From an uncultured Fibrobacter sp. (GTDB lineage Bacteria > Fibrobacterota > Fibrobacteria > Fibrobacterales > Fibrobacteraceae), in NCBI GenBank assembly GCA_946183925.1, contig CAMHDS010000004.1, forward strand, positions 697-64,696: a stretch of 64,000 nucleotides of DNA. Direction: 5' to 3'. A model generated the notes under the pieces. It worked only from the letters and a program-made list of their open reading frames with translations, did no database searches and was not told the DNA's origin. The stretch's first letter is position 1, and every line of letters begins with the position of its first letter. Below, in pieces: positions 10,257-18,061 of the stretch. The translations under genes were made by a program, and so were the position numbers.

Positions 10257-11165
10257 ATGCCCGGAAAAACCAGATTTGCCCCGAGCCCCACCGGCTACCT
10301 CCACGAAGGCCACCTGCTTTCGGCCCTGTTCGTGTGGGCCGCCGCCACAAAATGGGACCTGTCGGTGCACCTGCGCATCGAGGACCACGACCAAGAAAGG
10401 TCAAGGTCCGAACACATCGCCGCCATCCGCGAAGACCTGCAATGGCTTGGCTTCAAGTGGCAAAGCGAAAGCCTCCAGAGCGACCACTTCGACAGGTTCG
10501 AAAAGTCCCTCAAAAACCTTGAAGCACAAAACCTGGTCTACCCCTGCTACTGCAGCCGCAAAGAACTAGAAGAACAAAATCCAAAGAACGAATTTGGCGA
10601 AATCATATACCAAGGAAAATGCAAGGGGGGAAGCCTCCCCCTAGTTCGCACTGCGTCGCTCTCTACCCCCTCCAGCGGGGGTTCCCCCCGCAACGCCCCC
10701 CACTCCCTCCGAATCAAAATTCCAGACAAAGTAATCAACTGGCACGACCTGCGCCTGGGGGACTTTGCCGAAAATCCTAAACTCCAGTGCGGTGACTTTC
10801 CCATCCGGGATAGAATTGGCCAATGGACCTACCAGTTCGCCGTCTGCGTCGACGACATCGAAGAGGGAATCACCCACGTTATCCGGGGCGAAGACATACG
10901 GAATTCCACCGCAAGGCAAATCGCCCTGATGGAACTGATGGGCAGGACCGAACCGCCCAAGTACCTGCACCACCCCCTCATCGTAGATACCGCAGGCAAA
11001 AAACTTTCCAAGCGGGAAAAAGCCCACAGTATCCGGCAAGACCGGGAAGCAGGCGTCACCCCCCAAGAACTCCTGGGCCGGGTCCTTTTCAAGGCAGGAC
11101 TAGCCTCCACGCAAGCGCCCGCCGACCTGGACACCGCCCTGGACATCGTCTGCCGAAATCTGTAA
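10257..11165 (+). CDS. gluQ: Glutamyl-Q tRNA(Asp) synthetase
   Basis: RFAPSPTGYLHEGH (HIGH-like), LRIEDHD, YPCYCSR, VIRGED and KLSKR. About 300 aa with no anticodon-binding domain. Start moved to ATG 10257. Confidence 0.85.
   Translation: MPGKTRFAPSPTGYLHEGHLLSALFVWAAATKWDLSVHLRIEDHDQERSRSEHIAAIREDLQWLGFKWQSESLQSDHFDRFEKSLKNLEAQNLVYPCYCSRKELEEQNPKNEFGEIIYQGKCKGGSLPLVRTASLSTPSSGGSPRNAPHSLRIKIPDKVINWHDLRLGDFAENPKLQCGDFPIRDRIGQWTYQFAVCVDDIEEGITHVIRGEDIRNSTARQIALMELMGRTEPPKYLHHPLIVDTAGKKLSKREKAHSIRQDREAGVTPQELLGRVLFKAGLASTQAPADLDTALDIVCRNL
10625..10700. repeat. GC-rich double-hairpin element lying in-frame inside gluQ
   Basis: ggggg-aagcct-ccccc (10626-10641) and gcggggg-ttc-cccccgc (10675-10691), encoding GGSLPLVRTASLSTPSSGGSPRNAP. 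Confidence 0.6.
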
Positions 11166-11195
11166 AAAAGAAGTCCAAAGAAACCCCTATTCGAC

Positions 11196-11230
11196 AACTC
11201 GTAGCTCGTAACTCGTAACTCGCAACTCAA
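11196..11230 (+). repeat. Heptamer tandem array (AACTCGT)n, single arm
   Basis: aactcgt agctcgt aactcgt aactcgc aactcaa. Confidence 0.8.
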
Positions 11231-11250
11231 CAAAAATGTATATTCAGGGC

Positions 11251-14200
11251 ATGTCCAACGCAGCCCTGTCCGCCACCCTCTCAAAGATTCGCCAGGAATC
11301 GGCTCTTTTCGATTCCAAAGATTCACTCTTGAACTTCAACACCAAGGGCCTGTACCAGACGCCCCTGATGCTTGAAACCGGCGACCTGTTCTTTGAAAAG
11401 TGGAAGCAGACCGGAGGCCCCCTGCCACTGGACTCGTTCCTCCCCAAGTCAGAGAGTTTCACGCCCCAGCAAAAACTGGAAGTGAAAGAACATATCCTGC
11501 AAGCCCTCAAGGAAAAACTGGAGGACTTCGGCACCACCGATTTATACCTGCTGCTGGGATTCTTGAAGTGGGAAGGGAACGCCCTTTCACCAAGCCTGCT
11601 GGTACCCCTGGATGTGAACCTCCAGACCCAGACGGTAGCCCTTTCTTCGAAGCATCCTCTTGAAAATATCGTCCTGCGAGAACGGTTGAAAACGGAGCTT
11701 TCGCTCCCCACCATAGAAGACGCTACCCTGAACGGGCAGTTCAGCATCTTGCTGTACTTTTCCCTCTTCGAAAAAGCGGTGGCGGCAAAGAAAAACTGGA
11801 AATTTACACGACACGGTATCTGCCTCGCCTTCTTCGATTCCGTCAAGCTGGGCCTCAAGAAATGCATGGAACAGGGGCTGGACGAATCCAACGCCAGCGC
11901 AGCCTCTACCGTTCAAGCCCTCTTTACCGCCAATGGATTCCAGACCAAGGATTCCAAGTTCGACGGAGAAACATTTGACAAGCTGTACTCGCCGCTGGAC
12001 CACTATCCTCTGTACATCACGGATTCCCACACCACCAAGGTCACAGAAGACGCAAAGGATGCCGAGAACAACGCCTACGCCATTCAGGCCCTGCCTGGTA
12101 CAGACTGGGACCGGGCCATGGCGAACCTGGTGGCCGATTCCATCGCCGAAAAGAAAAGCACCCTGGTGGTTTACCGCAGGGCGTCTACCGCCCAAAAGTT
12201 TAGGGATAGGCTGTTCCCACAGTTCCGCAATTTCGAAGGCCCCGAAAGGGACGCCCTTCTGCCGGAACTCCAGAAGACCCGCGATTCTTTTGTGCGGTAT
12301 TACGACGCCATAAACAAGAACATCCAGCCCTCCGACGCGCCCCTTTCGGACCTGCTGACGGAATTTGTCCAGAACCCGGCCGTCAAGGTTAAAGCATCCG
12401 ACGCCCTGTTCCAGAAAATTGCGAACATTCCGTACAGGGACTACTGCGAACTCAAGGCGGACCTGGACGAGATTCTTTACCTTTACTTCGAAAAGAAGGG
12501 CAAGGAGGCCAGGAACGCCTTCAAGGATGTGCGGGTCCCGAGCCTCTCCGTCGAAGAGCAAGAAGCGATTGCCAAGGAACTTGCCCTTGCCTCAAGCAAG
12601 GCCAACGAACTGAAGCCCCTTATCGGGCTAGTCGAAAAGACGGGACTGTTCCCCACGGGCATCTACCTTTCCGGTCTTTCGGACATCATCGACCTGATTC
12701 TCCAAAACTTCAACAGGAACACTCCTGTCTTTGAAGACTGGGAACTGCGTTCCAACAGCTGGGAAGACTACCAGGATTCCCTGAAGGCGCTTCCCGAAGC
12801 AGGCGACAAGTGGGTCCGCTACCGCAGGCAGACTTCGGAGATCTACACCGACAACGCTGTCGATGAGAACATCCTTTCTGTCCGCGAAGAATTCGCAGAC
12901 AGCCTGAAGGCCACCCTCAAGGGCCTTTCGGACCGCTACCGCAGTTCCAAGAAAAAGCTTTTGAAAGTCCTGAAAGACCCGAAGTCCGTCTCCTCGGACA
13001 ACCAGCTGCTGGACCTGATCGACACCCTGATTGAACTGCAAGAAAACAAGCGGGCCTACAAGGACACTTCTGTACTCGGGAACCACCTGCTAGGCCGCGA
13101 CTGGCTCTACGAACGCTCCAACTGGTTCGAGCTGAACAAGAAGATTACCTACATCTACGACTTTAGGGAGACCCACAAGAACGACCCGCGGCTGGACCTG
13201 CTGCTCCAGATTCTGGAACAGTGGCAGCTGTTCAAGGACGCCCTCCCCCAGATGAAGGACTACGCGAAGGTCGTCAAGGAACTCCAGGAATCCACCCGCA
13301 AGATTACGAAGGGACTTTCTCTGGAAACGCCTCTCGAGAGCCTGTGCATCGAAAAGTGGCTGGACGAAATCCAGCTGTGGAACGCCAACTGGGGCAATCT
13401 GGAAATTCATGTGCGCACCACGTCTCTTTTGCAGTCCATCGAAAAATTCGGAGCAAAGGAACTGGTCGACTACCTGAAAGACGCCGACAACGTGAGCCAG
13501 AATATCGCCCAGGCCTTCGCCCATTTCTGGGCAGGCACGCAAATCCAGCAGGTAGGCAAGGATTGTCCCGACCTGTTCTCCCTTTTGCCCAAGGCCCGCG
13601 CCCAAAAGACCAGGGATTACCGCTCCCGACTGGACCAGTTCTGCAACGCAAACTTCAGGTTGGTGCAAAACACCGTCAAGGACAATCCGGGCCTTTTCGC
13701 CTTTATCCCGCTGGAGCAGAGTTTCCAGCTTCCACCGTCCCAGAAATTCCAGACCGTAGTCATTCTGGACGCGGACTGCATTTCGGTCTGCGAGGCGCTT
13801 CCCGCCATTTTCAAGGGCCAAAAGACGGTGCTGGTGGGTGATTCCAAGGCGCCTCTCCTGAAGCACCTGCCGCTGGACGGCTACCCCGAAGACAAGACGC
13901 CCCATACCCAGGCGTTCCAGGAATCCATTCTCACCATGAGCTTAAGGCAGGGGATTCCCACCAGGGAACTGTGGTTCTCCACCACCTACGCCCATTCCTC
14001 CATGATAGATTTTGCAAACTGCAAAATCTACGGCGACGACATTCGGCAACTGCCGCAACCCAGTCGTGAAAAGGTAAAGAACCAGACCCTGAAAGTCGTC
14101 TCCGACAAGGTCATGGAAATCGCGAAGGCCGCCATCCACCATGCCGAAAGGCAGCCGGGACGCACTCTCGGCATTATCGCTCTTCACCAGTCCACCTGCA

Positions 14201-15360
14201 TGGAAATCGAGTCGGCCATCAACAGCCTCACGCCCAAGGATTCTCCGGCGGCAAGGTTTTTCCAGCCTACAAACCCTTCCATCAGTTTTTACGTAAAGAC
14301 CCCCGAAAGGGCGGTCAACCGCCTGCGGGATACGATTCTCGTGTGCGGCGAATACGAAACCACCGAAAAGAAAGCCATCAACAATTCCCTTTCTGTCTGT
14401 GCAACACTTGCCAAGAGCGAACTCCAGGTGTTCCTTTCCGAAAGCGACATGGCCCAAAAGCCCAAAGAAAAACCGGACCTGTTCTGGGAATGGATTCTGT
14501 ACCTGCAGAAGGTGCTTACCCTGAACATTACTGACGAAAAGCCCAAGGAATCGGCTCTCTATGCCCAGGCTCTAAAGGCCCTGCAAGACGAAAACATCCA
14601 GGTGGAGCCCTATTTCTGCCAGTGCGGCATTTCTGTCGGCCCTGTGGTGGTTGACGCCAACAATTCCAAGCGGTTCCTGGCCATGGTCGAAGACGACTGC
14701 ACCACGGAACGTTTCAGGGAATCCATCGAAGACCGGATATACATTCGTCACACATTGCTCCGTCAAATCGGCTGGAAGGTGCTGAACCTGTGGACCCCCT
14801 TCTGGTACATGGCCAACAGCGACGAAGTGAGCCACATGGTCACTACCATCGCCATCGAGCAGAGCGTGGCTCCCCCGCCCAAGGACGCCTCCGAAGAGGA
14901 ATCCGAAAGTGTCGACGCCATCAGTGCCGAAAACCTGAGCGTGATTCCCTATACGGTGCTGCACCCGAAAATTGAAGGGACGCCCCACGACAGGCCCATC
15001 GCCGAACTTTCGGCGGCATCCATCATCACGCAGCTCAAGTTCTATGTGGACCACGAATCCCCCATTCACGAAGAGCTGCTGCAGCAGAGGCTTTTCGAGC
15101 TCCACAAAGAGCCCTGGCCGAACCAGAAGCTCGTACCCCAGATTATGGACGCCATCAAGCAGGGCATCAAGGGCCAGAAGTTTATCCAGACCGGCAAGTT
15201 CCTGTACTCCCTCAAGAACCCCGCGGTAGAACTGAGAGACAGAAGTTTCCGGCCGTCTTCGGAACGGAAGATGATCTACGTCTCACCCGAAGAACGCATG
15301 TTCATACCGTCGTCTATGGACGAACGGGACATCAAGCAATTGCTTGGACTGCTGGAATAG
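11251..15360 (+). CDS. DUF4011 / SF1 helicase-like / Vsr-like / DUF3320-like protein with degenerate ATPase motifs
   Basis: DUF4011-like N-terminus (LLNF..., LYLLLGFLKW, PSLLVP). Helicase-like spacing: AIQALPGTDWD, VVILDAD, VLVGDSK. C-terminal 'RFLAMVEDD..DRIYIRHTLLRQIGWKVLNLW' Vsr-like region and 'VDHESPIH' motif. Confidence 0.7.
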   Translation: MSNAALSATLSKIRQESALFDSKDSLLNFNTKGLYQTPLMLETGDLFFEKWKQTGGPLPLDSFLPKSESFTPQQKLEVKEHILQALKEKLEDFGTTDLYLLLGFLKWEGNALSPSLLVPLDVNLQTQTVALSSKHPLENIVLRERLKTELSLPTIEDATLNGQFSILLYFSLFEKAVAAKKNWKFTRHGICLAFFDSVKLGLKKCMEQGLDESNASAASTVQALFTANGFQTKDSKFDGETFDKLYSPLDHYPLYITDSHTTKVTEDAKDAENNAYAIQALPGTDWDRAMANLVADSIAEKKSTLVVYRRASTAQKFRDRLFPQFRNFEGPERDALLPELQKTRDSFVRYYDAINKNIQPSDAPLSDLLTEFVQNPAVKVKASDALFQKIANIPYRDYCELKADLDEILYLYFEKKGKEARNAFKDVRVPSLSVEEQEAIAKELALASSKANELKPLIGLVEKTGLFPTGIYLSGLSDIIDLILQNFNRNTPVFEDWELRSNSWEDYQDSLKALPEAGDKWVRYRRQTSEIYTDNAVDENILSVREEFADSLKATLKGLSDRYRSSKKKLLKVLKDPKSVSSDNQLLDLIDTLIELQENKRAYKDTSVLGNHLLGRDWLYERSNWFELNKKITYIYDFRETHKNDPRLDLLLQILEQWQLFKDALPQMKDYAKVVKELQESTRKITKGLSLETPLESLCIEKWLDEIQLWNANWGNLEIHVRTTSLLQSIEKFGAKELVDYLKDADNVSQNIAQAFAHFWAGTQIQQVGKDCPDLFSLLPKARAQKTRDYRSRLDQFCNANFRLVQNTVKDNPGLFAFIPLEQSFQLPPSQKFQTVVILDADCISVCEALPAIFKGQKTVLVGDSKAPLLKHLPLDGYPEDKTPHTQAFQESILTMSLRQGIPTRELWFSTTYAHSSMIDFANCKIYGDDIRQLPQPSREKVKNQTLKVVSDKVMEIAKAAIHHAERQPGRTLGIIALHQSTCMEIESAINSLTPKDSPAARFFQPTNPSISFYVKTPERAVNRLRDTILVCGEYETTEKKAINNSLSVCATLAKSELQVFLSESDMAQKPKEKPDLFWEWILYLQKVLTLNITDEKPKESALYAQALKALQDENIQVEPYFCQCGISVGPVVVDANNSKRFLAMVEDDCTTERFRESIEDRIYIRHTLLRQIGWKVLNLWTPFWYMANSDEVSHMVTTIAIEQSVAPPPKDASEEESESVDAISAENLSVIPYTVLHPKIEGTPHDRPIAELSAASIITQLKFYVDHESPIHEELLQQRLFELHKEPWPNQKLVPQIMDAIKQGIKGQKFIQTGKFLYSLKNPAVELRDRSFRPSSERKMIYVSPEERMFIPSSMDERDIKQLLGLLE

Positions 15361-15387
15361 AGAATTTTTTCTCGCGGAAATTTCCTT

Positions 15388-15411
15388 GTCATCCTCGCGG
15401 AGGCGAGGATC
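15388..15411 (+). repeat. GTCAT-anchored REP-like hairpin
   Basis: gtc-atcctc-gcggaggc-gaggat-c. Near-identical context to 25087 with a compensatory stem change. Confidence 0.8.
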
Positions 15412-15435
15412 TGCTTGTTGGAATAAGCGGATAAT

Positions 15436-15849
15436 TTACCGCACTTTCACGACGAAAGCGCTGATGTTGTAGGCCGAAAGTTCACGGGCCTTGTCGTCGG
15501 CGGCTTTCTTGTTGTTCCAGCCACCGGCGCGCAACTTGTAGAAAGGCGCATCAAACACCACCTGGATAGCGTAACCCGTGCTGGCAGAAAGTTCTGCACG
15601 GCGGCGCTGGGCCGCATCGAAATCACCTACGGCCTCGAACTGCAAAACGTAAAGGTCCTTAGAGGCCTTCTTGTCGGCACTCGCCTTGCCGGGAACGGCT
15701 GGGCCTGCGGCAGCAGAGGTGTCCCGCAAAGAGGCGGAAAGCTCGGGAGAATACTCGTTCCCGCGGAAAAGGGAATCCATGTCCGTAGGGTCTCCGGCAA
15801 AAGACAGTGCCGCTGCAAATCCAACAATAAAAGCAATAGACGATTTCAT
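15436..15849 (-). CDS. SPOR domain-containing exported protein
   Basis: Signal peptide MKSSIAF..SFA; C-terminal YVLQFEA...FYKLRAGGW...AFVVK SPOR pattern. TATAAT lies 7 nt upstream of ATG 15849. Confidence 0.8.
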   Translation of the reverse strand: MKSSIAFIVGFAAALSFAGDPTDMDSLFRGNEYSPELSASLRDTSAAAGPAVPGKASADKKASKDLYVLQFEAVGDFDAAQRRRAELSASTGYAIQVVFDAPFYKLRAGGWNNKKAADDKARELSAYNISAFVVKVR

Positions 15850-15853
15850 GACA

Positions 15854-17554
15854 TCAATTATAAAAAATTTTCTCGGTTTCCACCCCGTCCATTTCGGCAA
15901 CGGCTCTCCGGTGGGTAATAAAAATCATGGTCTTGTTCGGATAGGCCGCAAAAAGCCTGCGGAACAATTCCCTCTCCGTAGGCTCGTCCAGCGCTGAACT
16001 GATTTCGTCCAGCAACAAGACGCTCCCGGGCCGCAGGAGTCCGCGGGCCACTGCAATACGCTGTGCCTGGCCTTCGCTTAGCCCCATGCCCCGCTCCCCA
16101 AGTTCCGTGTCCAGGCCGTGGGGCAGATCGAACACGAATTCCGCACAGGCCACCTGCAGCACATGCCGCAGTTCGTCGTCGGTGGCATTTGGTTTTGCCA
16201 ACTGCAAATTGTACCGAACCGTCCCGCTCATGAGGGTATTCCCCTGGGGAACATAGACAAAGTAATCGCATGTATTTGCCGAAACAGGCCGTTCAAAAGC
16301 ACCTGCGGGGCCGCTGGAGCCCGTAGAATAAACAAGCACGCGGCCTTCCTGGGGTTCCACAAGCCCAAGCATCAGGCGGAACAGCGTCGTCTTGCCGGCA
16401 CCGGTCGTCCCCATGATGGCGGTCTTGCTTCCGGGCTTAAAGTCGTGAGAATAATTCCGGACGGCGTCGTTGTCCGCGGTGGCGTAACGGAAGCTGACAT
16501 TTTCCAAACGGACGCCTAGGCCAAATGAACCCGCGGGCACGGATTTTGCGCCATTCAAAGCTCCATCCAACGCGTCCTTCAATGCATCATTCGTTCCATT
16601 AACCGCGCCGTCGCCCTGCAGTTCCTGCAGGCGGTCAATACTTGCGGTAGCGTGAATCAGGCGGGGCGCGTTGTTCAATATCGAAAGGATGGGGCCCTGG
16701 ATTTGCCCCACCAGCTGCAAGAAAGAAGTCATGACGCCAAAAGTGATGGTACCGTTACGGAGCCCGAGACCGCCCCACACAAAAGCCAACAGGTAACCCA
16801 GCCCAAAAGCACCGCCAAAAGCCAGCCGGGAAATCACCGAAAAGCGGGTCTGCCGCACCACATCGTGATGGAGAGTGCGCTGCATGGAATCCAGCCGCTC
16901 CGAAACCCAGGGGGCGCTTCCCAGACTCCGGAGCACAGCATTGTTTTCTACGCCCTCCTGCACGTGCATCTGAATACGGCTCTCCCCTTCGCGAATCTTG
17001 AGGGTCATTTTCCGCAGGCGGTAAGAGACGAACTTCCCGAACACAAGGGCCAGCGGTGTCAGGACCACAAGAGCCCAGGCGAGCCGCGGGTCGAACCAGC
17101 GAAGCATCAAAAAGGCTCCCAGAAGCTGTATCGCCGTCACCATCATCTGGGGAATTTTCGCCGTAGCCACTTCGCTTACCAGCTCCACGTCCTTGGAAAA
17201 TCTGGAAGTCACGTCGCCCGAAAGAAGTTCCTTTTCGCTGTAGAGCTTGCGGGTAAACAGCCGCCCGAACATGGAGAGCCTAAGCGCGTTGGACTGCCGG
17301 ATGGTGGCTACCGACGTGAGGTAGTAATACACCTGGCGAAGCACCACGTTCCCTACCACCGTAAGCACCAGCAGGCCCACCATGCGGGCCACGTCCTGGT
17401 CAGAACCGTTTTTGATGGTGTCGTCGATAAAGCGCTTGCTGAGCCACACCATGGCAAGGCCGAGGGAAACCTGCAGGGTTCCCACCGCCACGCGAAGGGC
17501 CACGTTCAGGCGAACTCCGCGGATACTTTGCCATAGCCACGAGAGGTAATTCAT
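15854..17554 (-). CDS. ABC transporter, fused permease + ATP-binding (exporter type)
   Basis: N-terminal TM domain; Walker A GTTGAGKT; signature LSEGQAQR; Walker B LLLDE; H-loop ITHR. Confidence 0.9.
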   Translation of the reverse strand: MNYLSWLWQSIRGVRLNVALRVAVGTLQVSLGLAMVWLSKRFIDDTIKNGSDQDVARMVGLLVLTVVGNVVLRQVYYYLTSVATIRQSNALRLSMFGRLFTRKLYSEKELLSGDVTSRFSKDVELVSEVATAKIPQMMVTAIQLLGAFLMLRWFDPRLAWALVVLTPLALVFGKFVSYRLRKMTLKIREGESRIQMHVQEGVENNAVLRSLGSAPWVSERLDSMQRTLHHDVVRQTRFSVISRLAFGGAFGLGYLLAFVWGGLGLRNGTITFGVMTSFLQLVGQIQGPILSILNNAPRLIHATASIDRLQELQGDGAVNGTNDALKDALDGALNGAKSVPAGSFGLGVRLENVSFRYATADNDAVRNYSHDFKPGSKTAIMGTTGAGKTTLFRLMLGLVEPQEGRVLVYSTGSSGPAGAFERPVSANTCDYFVYVPQGNTLMSGTVRYNLQLAKPNATDDELRHVLQVACAEFVFDLPHGLDTELGERGMGLSEGQAQRIAVARGLLRPGSVLLLDEISSALDEPTERELFRRLFAAYPNKTMIFITHRRAVAEMDGVETEKIFYN

Positions 17555-17820
17555 TCCAGCACGTTCACCTTCTGCCAGCTTTCTACAATGGCCTGCACGT
17601 CGGAGAGGGCCCGGTCGCGCTCCACCTCATATTCCCCGCACATGGCGTCTGTCAGCGTTTCCACCGTGAAATCTCCCTGCTTAACGGCAGCACTCCAGAG
17701 AAACGCCGCCGTCTCGTTCAGGCACAAGAGCTTGCCGAAATCAAGAGCCCCGATGCCCTCGCCCATAATCACCTGCTCGCCGCAGACCTCCCGCAGCACA
17801 AAACCGTTCTTGATTCGCAT
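17551..17820 (-). CDS. PqqD family (RiPP recognition element-like) protein
   Basis: MRIKNGFVLREVCGE...LNETAAFLW...EYEV...DV pattern typical of stand-alone PqqD proteins. ATGA overlap with the ABC gene. Confidence 0.88.
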   Translation of the reverse strand: MRIKNGFVLREVCGEQVIMGEGIGALDFGKLLCLNETAAFLWSAAVKQGDFTVETLTDAMCGEYEVERDRALSDVQAIVESWQKVNVLE

Positions 17821-17850
17821 AAATTGCCTCTTTTTGACTAAGATAGATTA

Positions 17851-17977
17851 TTTGAGCCGAACACGTAAAGTGGTGTGAAGTCCAACCCCCGACTTGCACA
17901 CTTCAACAAGTGTTGGCGAGAACTGTATGAACCCCTCCCACCTCCAGCGCTTCGATACAGAGTCGGTCGAGGATGAC
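17851..17977 (-). repeat. Composite palindromic element containing a GTCAT-type REP
   Basis: Minus strand begins gtcatcctcgaccg...gggagggg. Further stems: ctgtat/atacag, acactt/aagtgt, ccgact/agtcgg. Confidence 0.5.
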
Positions 17978-18061
17978 GCAGGGCGGGAGAATATATAAAA
18001 TACACAGATGTGCACCGGATTGTCAAAAAAGGACCATCCGGTTTGCTATATTTGGCCCGCT

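Noticed and set aside
16547-16612. 12-nt periodic stretch in the ABC linker (GAVNGTNDALKDALDGALNGA)
   Set aside because: Short, degenerate and in-frame; ordinary linker expansion.
17851-17990. 6S RNA or known riboswitch
   Set aside because: Some 6S-like words occur (ttgagccgaac, cccacct), but there is no closing 5'/3' stem and no riboswitch consensus. The GTCAT REP explains part of it.
17838-18026. 62-aa ORF as a RiPP precursor for PqqD
   Set aside because: It runs through the palindromic repeat, has no RBS and lacks leader/core features.
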